A stretch of DNA of 64,000 nt, from assembly GCA_963765495.1 (NCBI GenBank), contig CAVXWP010000008.1:448001-512000 (forward strand), read 5' to 3'. Numbering within the stretch: position 1 is the stretch's first letter; each line of letters starts with the position of its first letter. Of the stretch, positions 48,103-59,681 are shown piece after piece. The notes beneath the pieces were generated by a model. That model was not told the DNA's origin, searched no databases, and saw only the letters and a list, made by a program, of their open reading frames with translations. The position numbers and the translations under genes were made by a program. The stretch comes from Blastocatellia bacterium. GTDB lineage: Bacteria > Acidobacteriota > Blastocatellia > UBA7656.

Positions 48103-49764
48103 TCAAACCTCGATAACAACAGGAATGATCATAGGGCGGCGGCCTGTATTCTTTTGTATATATCGCTTCAGCGCGACTCTTATCTTCTCCTTGATAACCG
48201 CCCAATCGATTCGCTCTTCGTGACTCGCCGTATTGATAGTCTCTTCGATAAGTTGCTTGAGCTCTTCAAGCAGGCCGGTGGGGTCTTCTTCGTGTATGAA
48301 ACCACGAGTCACAATTTCAGGGTCGGATTCGATTTCGCCTGATGTAGGATTTATTGCTACTATCGGAACCACGATCCCATCATAGGACAGGTGCTTTCGG
48401 TCACGAATAACCATGTCTTCGACTTCACCGTATGTGCCGTCTATCAATGTCCGGCCAACAAATTCCTTGGCCGTAACCCGTGCGGAGGTCTCATCGAGTT
48501 CAAGCACATCGCCGTTTTCTATGATGATGATATTTCGGGGCTCAACTATACCGAGTGTGCTCGCCCATTCCCTGTGGCGATAGAGCTGCCGGTACTCGCC
48601 GTGGATTGGAACAAGAAATTTCGGCCTTACGGCTTCGATCAGTATCTTCAGATCTTCCTGACTCCCATGCCCCGAACAATGTATTCGCGCGACAGAGCTG
48701 TCAATCACGCGGGCGCTCTTCTTGTAACAATGTGAGATGAGCCGGGAAATTGATCGCTCGTTGCCAGGTATATTTCGGGCAGATAAGACCACAAGATCGC
48801 CTTCCCCGACTGAAAGATTCTTGTGCTGGTCGGTTGCGAGTCTTGCCATCGCGGACCTCGGCTCACCCTGGCATCCGCTGGCAAGCAGCACAAGCTGGTC
48901 ATCATCCATCTGCCGGGCCTGAGCGGGTGTGACAAAGATGCCGTCCGGCACATCGAGTTGTCGAAGACTATCGGCAGTCTCGACATTTCTCAGCATGCTC
49001 CGACCCAGCAACGCAACATTGCGCCCGAACTCCTGAGCCAGATCCAGAACTATCTGTATTCGATGGACCGACGATGTAAAGCAACTCACGATGATGCGCC
49101 CGGTCGCTTCTTCAAAAATAGTTTCAAACGCCGGGATTACAGCGCGCTCGGAAAGCGTGCGTCCGGGACGCTCCGCGTTTGTCGAATCTGCGAGAAGCGC
49201 AAGAACTCCGTTATCGCCGTATTCGGATAATCGCTTCAGATCTATGGATGGCCCGACAACGGGTGTATCGTCTACCTTGAAATCTCCCGAATGTATCACT
49301 ATTCCAACCGGCGTTGTAATGGCCACGGCCGTGCAGGATGTGAGGCTGTGCGAGACGTGAATCCATTCGATTTCGAAATCTCCGACACTGACCGTATCCC
49401 CCGGCTCTATTGAATGAAGTTCGGCTATATCGGATAACCCGTGTTCAACCAGTTTGTTTCCGAGAAAGGCAAGAGTGAGATGTGTCCCGTAAACAGGGAC
49501 GTCAACGGCTTTCAACAGAAAAGGGACCGCGCCTATATGGTCCTCGTGGCCGTGGGTCAAAATGATAGCCGAAATTTCATCAATGTATTCTTCAATAAAA
49601 GAAAAATCAGGTATGACGATGTCAACACCGGGCATATCTTCTTCGGGAAATCCCATCCCCGCGTCAAGAATGATCGACGTGCCGCCGTAGCGTATGGCCA
49701 TCATATTCATACCAAATTGGCCTACCCCACCAAGCGGTATTATCTCCAGTTTGTCTGATTCCAT
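48103..49764 (-). CDS. rnj: Ribonuclease J
   Basis: PLGG...[37 protein letters not shown]. Confidence 0.96.
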   Translation of the reverse strand: MESDKLEIIPLGGVGQFGMNMMAIRYGGTSIILDAGMGFPEEDMPGVDIVIPDFSFIEEYIDEISAIILTHGHEDHIGAVPFLLKAVDVPVYGTHLTLAFLGNKLVEHGLSDIAELHSIEPGDTVSVGDFEIEWIHVSHSLTSCTAVAITTPVGIVIHSGDFKVDDTPVVGPSIDLKRLSEYGDNGVLALLADSTNAERPGRTLSERAVIPAFETIFEEATGRIIVSCFTSSVHRIQIVLDLAQEFGRNVALLGRSMLRNVETADSLRQLDVPDGIFVTPAQARQMDDDQLVLLASGCQGEPRSAMARLATDQHKNLSVGEGDLVVLSARNIPGNERSISRLISHCYKKSARVIDSSVARIHCSGHGSQEDLKILIEAVRPKFLVPIHGEYRQLYRHREWASTLGIVEPRNIIIIENGDVLELDETSARVTAKEFVGRTLIDGTYGEVEDMVIRDRKHLSYDGIVVPIVAINPTSGEIESDPEIVTRGFIHEEDPTGLLEELKQLIEETINTASHEERIDWAVIKEKIRVALKRYIQKNTGRRPMIIPVVIEV

Positions 49765-49819
49765 ATTTATTCTCTATCAGAGATGGTCCCGTGAGGACCG
49801 CAATGATTGATTATAGCAG

Positions 49820-50701
49820 TCAAGCGTCATTGACTGAACCTGTATTCTCATTATCAAAGAGAGCATGGTACAGGGCTCCGAACTCTTCCAGCGACAAAGT
49901 TTCGGCTCGACGGCGCGGATCAATTCCTGACCCGGTGAGCGATTCTTCTATCCCCTGCCTGATTCCCAACCTCGAAGCCGAGGCTTTCAGGTTGTTCTGG
50001 ATCGTCTTCCTTCTTTGTGCAAAAGCAGCTCCTACGAGTTGAAAAAAATGCTGATGATCCTCCAATTTGAGAACGGGTTCATTGCGGAGCGTCAGCCTGA
50101 GCACCGAGGACCAGACCCCGGGCACGGGTTTGAAAGCCGAAGGAGGGACATCAAATAGCTTGCTCGCTTCGCAGTAAAATTGAACGAAGACTGACATGTA
50201 GCCGTAGTCGCGACTCCCCGGCTCACTGATGATCCGATCTACAACCTCCCTTTGAAGCATCAAGGTCATATCGAAAATATCGTCGTGTGCCCCAAGAAGC
50301 CTTTCCAGAATCGGTGTCGAGATATAATAAGGAAGGTTAGCGACAACGCGCACACGCGGTTCTTCTTCTTTATCACTCAACCGTTGCTTATAACGGAGCA
50401 ACGCATCAGAGATCACCTCTCGCCATTCGATTTCGAGAGCATCGGCCCTGATCAAATCTATATTCAAACCGATGTTTGAGTCTGCGATAATCTCGCGAAG
50501 ATGCTCGATCAATCTTTCGTCGATCTCGATGGCGACGAGATACCCGCAGCGCGTTACTAGCTTTTGCGTAAGCGCGCCCTGACCAGGCCCAATCTCGATG
50601 ATGATGTCGTTTGTTCTCGGAGATACAGTCTCGATGATTCGACCTACGATTCGCTCGTCAGTCAGAAAATTCTGCCCCAGGCTTTTTCTCGCTCTAATCA
50701 A
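49820..50701 (-). CDS. rsmA: 16S rRNA m6,2A dimethyltransferase RsmA/KsgA
   Basis: KSLGQNFL, EIGPGQG.LT, EID, ANLPYYIS, MLQ.EV, F.QRRK. Confidence 0.97.
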   Translation of the reverse strand: MIRARKSLGQNFLTDERIVGRIIETVSPRTNDIIIEIGPGQGALTQKLVTRCGYLVAIEIDERLIEHLREIIADSNIGLNIDLIRADALEIEWREVISDALLRYKQRLSDKEEEPRVRVVANLPYYISTPILERLLGAHDDIFDMTLMLQREVVDRIISEPGSRDYGYMSVFVQFYCEASKLFDVPPSAFKPVPGVWSSVLRLTLRNEPVLKLEDHQHFFQLVGAAFAQRRKTIQNNLKASASRLGIRQGIEESLTGSGIDPRRRAETLSLEEFGALYHALFDNENTGSVNDA

Positions 50702-51714
50702 ATCGCTTCCGGTTCGGCCTTTCGAAGATAGCCGGTTACTTCAATCCTGCCGCCAGATGGTGACACGTTCAGATCAGTAGTTTCAAAATCAAATCCGCAT
50801 TTTGAGATGGAGGCATCGAGTCTTGCGCGCGCCTCTGTGGAGATCACAAACGTTACTTTATCGAACCGTGAGAGATCGCGATCAAGCGATGTGTCAACGG
50901 GATCAAAAAGCACAAGACAGCCTGTTACATCAAATTTCGCAAGCGCAAAGGCGATTGTTGAAAACTCGGATTCGACAGGCAGGGTTTTGTTGTCGTGTGT
51001 CAGAAGTATGAGAGATTTATCCGACACTTGATGGTTTAGATTGAAGGCTCCGGCTTGTTTGATCGCTTCCATCGAACCGATGAGGATCGGACGCCTCTGG
51101 CGCTTATGCCTTAACGCCCTCTCAAGAAAGAGGGGGCTAATCGCTGATGTTGTGTTCAACATCAATGCGTCATAATCATCGGTCAGGTCGAGGAGTTGAT
51201 TTGAGGGGTTCCAATCTTCCAGCGCAGCGGAGGCCTGTCTGTCGAAACAGATGACAGAGTGAAGAAAAGCCCGCCCGGTTTTTATGAATGTAAGATAGCA
51301 TTCGTTGAGCCTGAGAGCTTCGAGCGCGCATAGTCCAAGATCAACTCTGATGCTTGCCTCTCTCAATCGTTTTATACCCTGACCATTTACACGCGGGTTT
51401 GGGTCCGGGATGGCGATCACAGCCCGCGAGATGCCTGCGCGTATGAGGGCATCCGTACAGGGAGGAGTCCGGCCCTGATGTGAACAGGGTTCGAGACAGC
51501 AATAGAGTGTTGCCCCCTGTGCCTTCTCACCCGCCATTTCGATAGCAACCGTCTCGGCGTGTTTGAGGTTTGCATATAGATGGAAACCTTCCCCTATCAC
51601 CTGACCGTCTTTGACAAGCACTGCTCCCACCATAGGGTTAGGGCTGACAAGCCCTCTCCCGAGCCGGGCAAGTTCCAGCGCTCTCTCCATAAATATCATG
51701 TCATCGTCCGGCAT
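50698..51714 (-). CDS. ribD: RibD: intact pyrimidine deaminase domain, degenerate reductase domain
   Basis: PNPMVGAV, HAE, LEPCSH.GRTPPC, DPNP.V.G.G. The C-terminal half lacks recognisable K.A.SLDG, WIT and EGG motifs. Confidence 0.85.
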   Translation of the reverse strand: MPDDDMIFMERALELARLGRGLVSPNPMVGAVLVKDGQVIGEGFHLYANLKHAETVAIEMAGEKAQGATLYCCLEPCSHQGRTPPCTDALIRAGISRAVIAIPDPNPRVNGQGIKRLREASIRVDLGLCALEALRLNECYLTFIKTGRAFLHSVICFDRQASAALEDWNPSNQLLDLTDDYDALMLNTTSAISPLFLERALRHKRQRRPILIGSMEAIKQAGAFNLNHQVSDKSLILLTHDNKTLPVESEFSTIAFALAKFDVTGCLVLFDPVDTSLDRDLSRFDKVTFVISTEARARLDASISKCGFDFETTDLNVSPSGGRIEVTGYLRKAEPEAI

Positions 51715-51732
51715 TAAATGTGGTTATAGTCC

Positions 51733-52806
51733 TCAAGCATTCGAAAGTGCTTTGCCTGGAATCGGGTAATCTTCGAGAGAGAAGGTTCCAAGCTTTAGTG
51801 AGGGCATGCCCGTCAACCCAAAACCGTGATTCTCGCCTCGGACGAGTTTTGGGTAGCCGGCCGCCGCTATCATCGCCGCGTTATCCGTGGTCAGAACCAC
51901 ACCGGGGTAATAGACGGGCGCACCCAGATCTGCTGCCTTCACCTCGGCCCGCAGGGCGCTATTACATGCCACTCCACCAGCCAGGATAATAGTACGCGGG
52001 CGATAACGCAGGCTCGCTTCCTTGAGTCGCATCATCAGAGATCTGATCACCTTATCCTGAAAACTGGCGGCAAGGTCCAGCACAAGACGCCCCGGATCGT
52101 TTGCGTCTTCGACGGGCTTTATTCCCTGCTCTCTCACAAACCGCAGGACGGATGTCTTTAATCCGCTGAAGCTAAAATCCAGACTTGGCGGGTCCATCCT
52201 CGGTATTGTGAATACGAGTTCAGCCCCTGACGGATCACCAAGCCCCGCCAGCCTGTCAATCACAGGCCCTCCCGGATACCCCAGACCCAGGAGTTTTGAA
52301 ACCTTGTCATAGGCTTCACCCGCTGCATCATCGCGAGTCCTCCCAATGACGGCGTAGCTCTCCTGCTCGGGAATAAGAAACAGGGTGGTGTGGCCGCCTG
52401 AAACCACAAGCGCGACGGCAGGATACTCAACCGGGGGATTTTCGAAGACCACGGAATAAATGTGCCCCTCGATATGATTTATCCCGACCAGTGGTTTCCC
52501 GGAAACTAGAGAGAGTGACTTGGCGAAACTCAGCCCCACAAGAAGCGACCCAATCAGACCGGGGCCTCTTGTCACTGCTATCCCGCCTATCTCTTCGAGT
52601 GATATATGTGCTTCATTGAGTGCTGCCTCTACGACCGAACCGATCTGATCCAGGTGCTCACGTGAAGCCAGCTCCGGCACGACTCCTCCAAAAGGAGCGT
52701 GTGTCTTGATTTGGGAGGAGATGATATTTGATCGGATAAACCTCCCCTCCTCAATGACGGCGGCGGCGGTCTCATCGCAAGAGCTTTCTATACCAAGCAC
52801 AAACAT
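51733..52806 (-). CDS. tsaD: tRNA t6A37 threonylcarbamoyltransferase TsaD
   Basis: [54 protein letters not shown]. Confidence 0.97.
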   Translation of the reverse strand: MFVLGIESSCDETAAAVIEEGRFIRSNIISSQIKTHAPFGGVVPELASREHLDQIGSVVEAALNEAHISLEEIGGIAVTRGPGLIGSLLVGLSFAKSLSLVSGKPLVGINHIEGHIYSVVFENPPVEYPAVALVVSGGHTTLFLIPEQESYAVIGRTRDDAAGEAYDKVSKLLGLGYPGGPVIDRLAGLGDPSGAELVFTIPRMDPPSLDFSFSGLKTSVLRFVREQGIKPVEDANDPGRLVLDLAASFQDKVIRSLMMRLKEASLRYRPRTIILAGGVACNSALRAEVKAADLGAPVYYPGVVLTTDNAAMIAAAGYPKLVRGENHGFGLTGMPSLKLGTFSLEDYPIPGKALSNA

Positions 52807-52979
52807 TCAAATTCATTCTACACGACGAGCGACAAACATCGAAGTCCGGCAGGCAGTAACACTCCAACCTTTCTTTATCCCTCGGCAGCCGCTTATAATC
52901 TTGGCCCTGATGTTTAATAGGCCACAAGAATTGGTTCTCTGTCGTTGAGGATCAAAACAGGCGCGAGAGGAGTCATCAA

Positions 52980-53990
52980 ATGAAGGCAGCAATCGTACAC
53001 GAATACGGTAAACCGTTACAGATCGAAGATGTGGATGTTCCTACACCGGATAGCGATGAGGTGCTTATAAGGGTCGAAGCCTGCGGCGTATGTCATTCCG
53101 ATCTTCATCTTGCCGAAGGAGACTGGAAATCTCTGTACAAGATCATAAAGCACCCGCTGATTCCCGGCCATGAGATCATAGGCGAGGTAGTCGAAAGAGG
53201 CGAAGATGTGAAAGAGATTCAGAAGGGAGATAGAGTCGGCGTCGCCTGGGTATACTGGACTTGCGGGGAGTGCGAGCTTTGCCTCGAAGGAAGAGAAAAC
53301 CTCTGCCGCAAGCAGATGATAACAGGGGCGACGGTTGACGGAGGCTATGCCGAATATATCAAGGCGAAGGCAAGTCACGCATTGAAGGTTCCATCGTTAC
53401 TTGATTCCATCGAGGCCGCTCCCCTGTTTTGCGCTGGAGTCACCGTTTACCGGGCGGTAAAAAATTCAGGAATACGCCCCGGGCAAAGCCTCGCAGTATT
53501 TGGCATTGGCGGGCTTGGCCATCTCGCGGTACAAGTGGCCAAAGCCTTTGATGCTCAGGTCATCGCGGTTGATATTTCGGAAGAGAAACTGGAACTCGCA
53601 CGCTCGCTCGGCGCAGACCAGACTATGAATGCTTTAACCAATGATATCGTCAAAGAGTTTCGGCGCATGGGTGGAGCGCATGTCGTGGTAGTCACATCAG
53701 CGTCGAAGGCGGCTTATGAAAAGGCATTCTATTCAGTTCGATCCGGCGGGGCGCTGGTCGTCGTAGGGATGCCTGCCGAAGACCTTTCCTTCCCGGCAAT
53801 AATGATGCGCGAGATGACTATAAGCTCGTCGGCAACCGGAACCAGAGACGATTTACGAGAAACCCTGGAGATGGCTGCTTCGGGAAAGATACGATGCCGG
53901 GTGGAGACGGGTGATCTAAATGATATAAATGATATATTCGACCGCATGCGCCGGTCAGAGATAACCGGACGTGTGGTGCTAAAGTTTTGA
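52980..53990 (+). CDS. adhP: Zinc-dependent alcohol dehydrogenase (AdhP type)
   Basis: CGVCHSDLH, GHE, CGECELC..G.ENLC, GIGGLG, GRVVL. Confidence 0.93.
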   Translation: MKAAIVHEYGKPLQIEDVDVPTPDSDEVLIRVEACGVCHSDLHLAEGDWKSLYKIIKHPLIPGHEIIGEVVERGEDVKEIQKGDRVGVAWVYWTCGECELCLEGRENLCRKQMITGATVDGGYAEYIKAKASHALKVPSLLDSIEAAPLFCAGVTVYRAVKNSGIRPGQSLAVFGIGGLGHLAVQVAKAFDAQVIAVDISEEKLELARSLGADQTMNALTNDIVKEFRRMGGAHVVVVTSASKAAYEKAFYSVRSGGALVVVGMPAEDLSFPAIMMREMTISSSATGTRDDLRETLEMAASGKIRCRVETGDLNDINDIFDRMRRSEITGRVVLKF

Positions 53991-54094
53991 TCTTAAATCG
54001 AAAAGACCCACGATTTCTTCGAGCGCACCGAAGCTGGCGCGAACCGCTCCCCCCCCAAGATTTTGCTCTAAACCACTTTCCAGGGGATAAATCC

Positions 54095-54133
54095 GAGGCC
54101 CGCTTGCCTGGTTAGAGCAGGCAAGTGAGCCTC
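54095..54133. terminator. Hairpin between convergent adhP and cyclophilin genes
   Basis: About 16-bp stem GAGGCCCGCTTGCCTG/CAGGCAAGTGAGCCTC. Confidence 0.55.
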
Positions 54134-54173
54134 CCCGTACTACGGATGGCAGTGGCCCGCTCACGCAGGCCGG

Positions 54174-54632
54174 TCAATCGTTCATAGATACTCGGGTCAT
54201 CCGCTCACCGGCTCGAATCTGTTTGACAACATCCAGGCCGTCGGTTACGCGACCAAAGACGGCATAATTCCCGTCGAGAAATGCTGCCGGTCCAAGTGTT
54301 ATGTAAAACTGAGAAGAGGCGCTATTGGGGTCCGATGACCTGGCCATAGCGAGCGCACCGGCCTCGCCGTGCTTTAGTTCGGGCGAGATTTCAAGCTTGA
54401 TCCGTCTTTCCCGCCCGGTTGCCGGATCTTCATAACCTCCTGTCCCGTTCCCCTTCGGGTCGCCACCCTGAATGACAAATCCCGGCTCATATCTGTGGAA
54501 TGTCAACCCATCATAGAACCCCTTTTCCACGAGGTCCACGAAGTTCCCTGCCGTGATCGGAGCTTTATCCAGAAATAGCTCAAGCGTAATCTTCCCCTTG
54601 GATGTCTCGATTGTAGCTGTTCGATTTGCCAA
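54174..54632 (-). CDS. Cyclophilin-type peptidyl-prolyl cis-trans isomerase
   Basis: [45 protein letters not shown] start with RBS inferred. Confidence 0.94.
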   Translation of the reverse strand: MANRTATIETSKGKITLELFLDKAPITAGNFVDLVEKGFYDGLTFHRYEPGFVIQGGDPKGNGTGGYEDPATGRERRIKLEISPELKHGEAGALAMARSSDPNSASSQFYITLGPAAFLDGNYAVFGRVTDGLDVVKQIRAGERMTRVSMND

Positions 54633-54982
54633 AACTCTTTCTCCCTTCCTCTTTGCGGATACAAAAAGATGCCGCATCTGGAATCTCTTTCAAACACTTT
54701 GACTCTATCACTTTGACAAGTTGAGTTACAAGTTTCGATCATTTGGCTGGCATTATTACCAGAGCCCTTCTGTCTTCAAATTACCTTTCAATAAACCTCA
54801 CCTTTAATTTCTCTGATACTGGCTGTCAGCGGATTAAAAATTGGATGGTCCTGCCTTGAAACCGTTGTATTTGAAAATCTGCAACAGGGTCTTGACTTAT
54901 TCGAGGCGTGAAGTTTACTATTTGGTGCCAATTGGCAAGATCACATCCTGGCTCCTTGTTTGTATAACTAGAAGGTCAACCC

Positions 54983-55756
54983 ATGATTTCAGTTGTCATA
55001 CCTGTATTTAATGAGGCGGCCACCATCGCCGAAGTAATCCATAAGGTCCAGTCTGTTGAAATACCCAAAGAGATTCTGGTAATAGACGACGGCTCGACCG
55101 ACGGCACCCGTGAATGTCTTGCCCGTCTTTCTGAGGAGTATGACAACCTCCACATCTTCCTCCAGCCAAAGAATCTGGGTAAGGGTGCAGCGCTGCGTAC
55201 GGGTTTTAAGCACGCAACAGGCGATTTTGTGATCGTTCAGGATGCAGACCTCGAATACGATCCGCTTGATTACCCTATACTTCTAAAACCCCTGATTGAG
55301 AAAAAGGCTGATGTCGTCTTTGGATCTCGTTTTTTGACGACTAAAGAGCATCGTGTTCTTTTCTTTTGGCATTCGGTTGGTAATCGCCTGCTCACACTCA
55401 TTTCGAATATGTTTACGAATCTGAATTTGACGGATATGGAGACCGGCTACAAGGTCTTCAGACGCGAAATCATCCAGGCGATAAGGCTCGAGCAAAACAG
55501 GTTTGGATTCGAGCCGGAAATCACAATGAAACTTGCAAAGATGAAGGCCCGCATTTACGAAGTCGGCATCTCGTACAACGGACGGACCTATGAAGAGGGA
55601 AAAAAGATTGGCTGGCAGGATGGGGTCAAGGCCCTCTGGTGCATAATAAAATACTACGTTGTCGGTCGTCGGGCCATTGGTCAGGCCGTTGAACCCGACC
55701 TGATACAACCCGCCTCCAAGCCTCACCAAACGGGGGATGCGCTCGATAACATCTAA
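54983..55756 (+). CDS. Glycosyltransferase family 2 (polyprenol-phosphate mannose synthase-like)
   Basis: [55 protein letters not shown]. Confidence 0.95.
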   Translation: MISVVIPVFNEAATIAEVIHKVQSVEIPKEILVIDDGSTDGTRECLARLSEEYDNLHIFLQPKNLGKGAALRTGFKHATGDFVIVQDADLEYDPLDYPILLKPLIEKKADVVFGSRFLTTKEHRVLFFWHSVGNRLLTLISNMFTNLNLTDMETGYKVFRREIIQAIRLEQNRFGFEPEITMKLAKMKARIYEVGISYNGRTYEEGKKIGWQDGVKALWCIIKYYVVGRRAIGQAVEPDLIQPASKPHQTGDALDNI

Positions 55757-55822
55757 TTCAACCCGCAAGAGAACGGCGCAAATGAAAATGTGTGAAGAGT
55801 CGTTTTTTTCGCTCTCCAATCT

Positions 55823-57214
55823 TTAATAGGGTAGTGTTAAAGCCTCAATCTGCTTTGCGTCTTCATCAAAACAGACGATAGACCGCCCCGGCGCGCTCAA
55901 TTTGAATTCCCTTCCGTCGAGTTTAACCTTCTTGTTCAAAGGGCGGCTGCCGGTATTGAGCAGCGTGATTACGTTTCGTCCGTCTTCTGCCTTCACCATC
56001 CAATAGCTCTGGCTTCCACCGTGGAATTCAACAGGCGACCCGTTCCAGGCGAGTGTCGAGTAGAGCTGATATACCTTCCCTGCCGGAGTAAGATGCCACC
56101 CTTCCGAAAGCGCCTCTCCGGTCAACCTGGGATCACGCTGCCCGATTACCGTTGCCCGGCGCTTGGCGTTGGCGTAGTAGATGATCGAATGATACGGAAC
56201 CTCGTGTGTGTATATTGCTTCGATTTCAGGCGAAGCCATCAACTCAGCAACCCTGCGAGCGAATTCGATTGCATACTCATTGGTCAGATGCGGATTTCCT
56301 TCAAGGCTGGATTTGATATTGAACTCAGTCACGAGGTAACGCATATTTGAAGTAAATGGCTTCACAACACGATTGAAATACTCAACGGCATTGCGGCTCA
56401 CACCGCGTGAGTAGAGGTGCAGCACGCCGTAAATATCGGTCCTGTTCTTCAAATCAATCCGTGATGAAAGGGCTCTCAACATACGCTCATTCCAGACATC
56501 ATCAGATAGTCGAGTGGGGGTCTTGCTCTCTTTGCCAACAGTGAGGGGGAGGGCGAAATGGACACCCAGAGGCGTGAGTCGTTCGATCACATCTGCCGCC
56601 TTTGCAGCGTACTCTTCGGGTAGCCAGGGTCGAGGGTTTAGCCAGGGTTCATTCGACAGTTCTACGGCAAGAATTTTATCGAGAGCCTTTTGATTTATAA
56701 ATGACTGCATGACTTTTTCGGCGACATCAGGCCCCTCTTCAACATTTATTCCTATCACGACTGTAAAGTCGTACGCGGAGGTGTATCTTGCAACATCATC
56801 GATTGGAAACCAGGGGTATTCGTTTGGAAGGTGGTTTTCGGCCTTGACTCTCGCTGTAGCATCTGGGCTTACGGGGCTGTAAAACCCGCTGAAGCTTATC
56901 CTGAAACTTCTAACACCCGCATCTCTCAAAGAATCGGCCATCTTTCTTCCCGCGTCCTTGTTCTGCCATGCCTTGATCAGCGGAAATGGAGATTCGGCAA
57001 AGGCCATGTCGGCCCCAAGAACTGGAGCCCGAGTCAACCCATCAAGACTTCCCACCTCGGTAGTTACGGGTGCAAGGCCCGCCCGAGCGACCGGGACGGC
57101 GATCAACTGTAGCCCCTGCTGGCTCCATGCAAATATCAAAAGAGAGTACAACAGCATTTTCCGGGTCGTGATACTTTTTCTTGTCTTCATAAGTGATGTT
57201 TTGATTCTTCTCAT
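55823..57214 (-). CDS. Putative exported clan GH-A glycoside hydrolase
   Basis: Signal-like N-terminus, ELSNEPW (acid/base), HLY, VTEFN (nucleophile), C-terminal beta-sandwich (LLN...PGRS). Start uncertain. Confidence 0.7.
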   Translation of the reverse strand: MRRIKTSLMKTRKSITTRKMLLYSLLIFAWSQQGLQLIAVPVARAGLAPVTTEVGSLDGLTRAPVLGADMAFAESPFPLIKAWQNKDAGRKMADSLRDAGVRSFRISFSGFYSPVSPDATARVKAENHLPNEYPWFPIDDVARYTSAYDFTVVIGINVEEGPDVAEKVMQSFINQKALDKILAVELSNEPWLNPRPWLPEEYAAKAADVIERLTPLGVHFALPLTVGKESKTPTRLSDDVWNERMLRALSSRIDLKNRTDIYGVLHLYSRGVSRNAVEYFNRVVKPFTSNMRYLVTEFNIKSSLEGNPHLTNEYAIEFARRVAELMASPEIEAIYTHEVPYHSIIYYANAKRRATVIGQRDPRLTGEALSEGWHLTPAGKVYQLYSTLAWNGSPVEFHGGSQSYWMVKAEDGRNVITLLNTGSRPLNKKVKLDGREFKLSAPGRSIVCFDEDAKQIEALTLPY

Positions 57215-57402
57215 TCGATTCCTGTTGCATGGCGAAGTACTACCAGGCACTTTGCAAGGAGATCCGCCAGGAACCCACGGGGTTCCGCGCGCAGGGTAGT
57301 CACGAATTCTCTCATCGCTATCGGAAAAATTTGATTTGTTGAAGTCTGATGTGAGGAGGGGTCCGGCGCTACCAAGGCCCATCAGTATAAGGATTAATTT
57401 CA

Positions 57403-57451
57403 GAAAGGGAGGGCAATCGAATCATTATTTCAATATTGATTGCCCTTCCCT
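57403..57451 (-). terminator. Terminator of pnp
   Basis: AGGGAAGGGCAATC...GATTGCCCTCCCT followed by TTC on the minus strand. Confidence 0.6.
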
Positions 57452-57479
57452 GTGCGAACAGTTTGAAACGAGGCAGAAG

Positions 57480-59681
57480 CTATCTTCTACCGCTGCGAGC
57501 AGGGCGTCGGTCACGGTTTCCCGGATTGCGTCCGCGTCTTTCCTGATTATCTCTGCCCTGATCATTCGAGTCCGGTTCTTCTGCCGGCTCGCCTCTTTCC
57601 TCTCGAAGCACTGCACGGCGAGACAGACGAATCTTACCCGAGGGGTCAACATTGATCACTTTGACCAGTAATTGTTGTCCCTCGGTCAGCTCATCTCTCA
57701 CATCTCTGACCCTGTAATCGGCAATCTCCGAAACGTGCAGCAGACCATCGGTTCCCGGCAAAATCTCTACGAATGCGCCAAAATCGGCAATTCTTTGAAC
57801 CGTGCCCAGATAGGTTTTCCCCACCTCCGGCACAGCCGTAATCTCCTCGATTGCCTGTTTGGCTTCTTCCGCGGCTTTCAAGTTTGACGAAGCGATGTTT
57901 ATGCGGCCCGTATCCTCTACATCTATCTTGCACCCTGTCTTTTCGACGAGTCCACGGATGACCTTCCCACCCGGCCCTATCACTTCGCGTATCTTATCAA
58001 CAGGTATCTGAATGGTAAGGATTCGCGGAGCATACGGACTGATCTCTTCACGCGGAGCCGGAAGAGCAGCTTCCATCTTTTCAAGGATATACAAGCGCCC
58101 GTCGCGGGCCTGTTGCAGAGCGTCGGCCAGAATCTGTGGGTTGACACCTGTTACCTTGATGTCCATCTGCAACGCCGTAATCCCCTGGCGCGTCCCTGTG
58201 ACCTTAAAATCCATGTCTCCGTAATGATCTTCTGCGCCTGCGATGTCGGTCAGGATGGCGTATTTGTTCCCCTCCATTACAAGCCCCATCGCAACACCGG
58301 CGACAATGGATTTCAGAGGCACGCCCGCATCCATCATAGCCAGGATGCCGCCGCAAACCGACGCCATAGAGCTCGAGCCGTTTGATTCGGTAATATCCGA
58401 GACTATGCGCATCGTGTATGGCCATTCATCATCGGAAGGAAGTACAGGCTCAATGGCCCGGCGGGCAAGTGCCCCGTGGCCGATTTCTCGCCTGCTCGAC
58501 GAACCGATGCGGCCAGTTTCACCTACGGAAAAAGGAGGGAAATTATAGTGGAGCAAGAAGCGACGCTTTAACTCGCCTTTTTCAAGATCATCCATGTACT
58601 GCATGTCTTCGCTTGTGCCGAGGGTCGCCGTCACTATGGCCTGCGTTTCTCCACGTGTGAAGAGTGCCGATCCATGTGTCCGAGGAAGCCATCCTGTGTC
58701 AATCGAGATAGGCCTGATCTCGCTGAATCTGCGACCATCGGGGCGATGACGTTTTTCAAGTATGTCATCCCGGAAGACCCTCTCTTTGATTATCTTAAAT
58801 ATCGTACCCGCCATCTTGCGCTTTTCAGGTTCATCTTCCGGGTAGGCGGAAACGGTTTTTTCCTTCAACTCATCGAGGAGAGAATAGCTTTTCAGCTTGC
58901 CGTGTTTACCCGTGTCGAGCGCATCACGCATCTCTTCGGTAATACTGTTCTCAAGCTCGGCCTTCATCTCCTCATCTATTTGGGGCTTGATAACTTCGCG
59001 TTTGGCGATACCAAGCTTTTCGTACATCTCTCTTTGCAGACGGCAAATCTTCTTAATTTCGTTATGGCCAAACATCAAGGCCTCTACCATTACATCTTCC
59101 GAGATTTCCTGCGCGCCCGCCTCCACCATAACAATCGCTTCTTCCGAGCCCGCTACTATCAAGTTCAAAGATGAGGCGCGAATCTGATCATAGGTTGGGT
59201 TCACGATGAAACGCTCATCAACCAGTCCGACCCTGACTCCCGCTATGGGAGTCTCAAATGGTATATCCGAGAGGAAGAGGGCGGCAGAGGCCCCCGTAAT
59301 CGAGAGCACATCAGGGTCAAAATTCTCATCTGCCGACAAAACGAAGGCGATTATCTGCGTATCGCCCCTGTAGCCTTCGGTGAATAGAGGGCGGATAGGC
59401 CTGTCTATCAAACGCGAGGTCAACGTCTCTTTTTCGGAAGGACGGCCTTCTCGTCTAAAATAATTTCCGGGGATGCGCCCGGCCGCATATCCATACTCGC
59501 GGTATTCAACCGTGAGCGGGAAGAAATCGAGGTTTTCGCGTGGGGCAGCACCAACTGCCGCAACCAGGACAAGTGTATCTCCATATCGCACTAGCACAGC
59601 GCCATCGGCCTGTTTGGCCACCTTCCCTGTTTCAATCGAAAACTCTAAACCTCCAAGCTGTATTGATTCCTTCAACTCCAT
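57480..59681 (-). CDS. pnp: Polyribonucleotide nucleotidyltransferase (PNPase)
   Basis: DFFPLTV.Y, R.DGR, HGSALFTRGETQ, ESNGSSSMA, DHYGDMDFKV, KH and S1 domains. Confidence 0.99.
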   Translation of the reverse strand: MELKESIQLGGLEFSIETGKVAKQADGAVLVRYGDTLVLVAAVGAAPRENLDFFPLTVEYREYGYAAGRIPGNYFRREGRPSEKETLTSRLIDRPIRPLFTEGYRGDTQIIAFVLSADENFDPDVLSITGASAALFLSDIPFETPIAGVRVGLVDERFIVNPTYDQIRASSLNLIVAGSEEAIVMVEAGAQEISEDVMVEALMFGHNEIKKICRLQREMYEKLGIAKREVIKPQIDEEMKAELENSITEEMRDALDTGKHGKLKSYSLLDELKEKTVSAYPEDEPEKRKMAGTIFKIIKERVFRDDILEKRHRPDGRRFSEIRPISIDTGWLPRTHGSALFTRGETQAIVTATLGTSEDMQYMDDLEKGELKRRFLLHYNFPPFSVGETGRIGSSSRREIGHGALARRAIEPVLPSDDEWPYTMRIVSDITESNGSSSMASVCGGILAMMDAGVPLKSIVAGVAMGLVMEGNKYAILTDIAGAEDHYGDMDFKVTGTRQGITALQMDIKVTGVNPQILADALQQARDGRLYILEKMEAALPAPREEISPYAPRILTIQIPVDKIREVIGPGGKVIRGLVEKTGCKIDVEDTGRINIASSNLKAAEEAKQAIEEITAVPEVGKTYLGTVQRIADFGAFVEILPGTDGLLHVSEIADYRVRDVRDELTEGQQLLVKVINVDPSGKIRLSRRAVLREERGEPAEEPDSNDQGRDNQERRGRNPGNRDRRPARSGRR

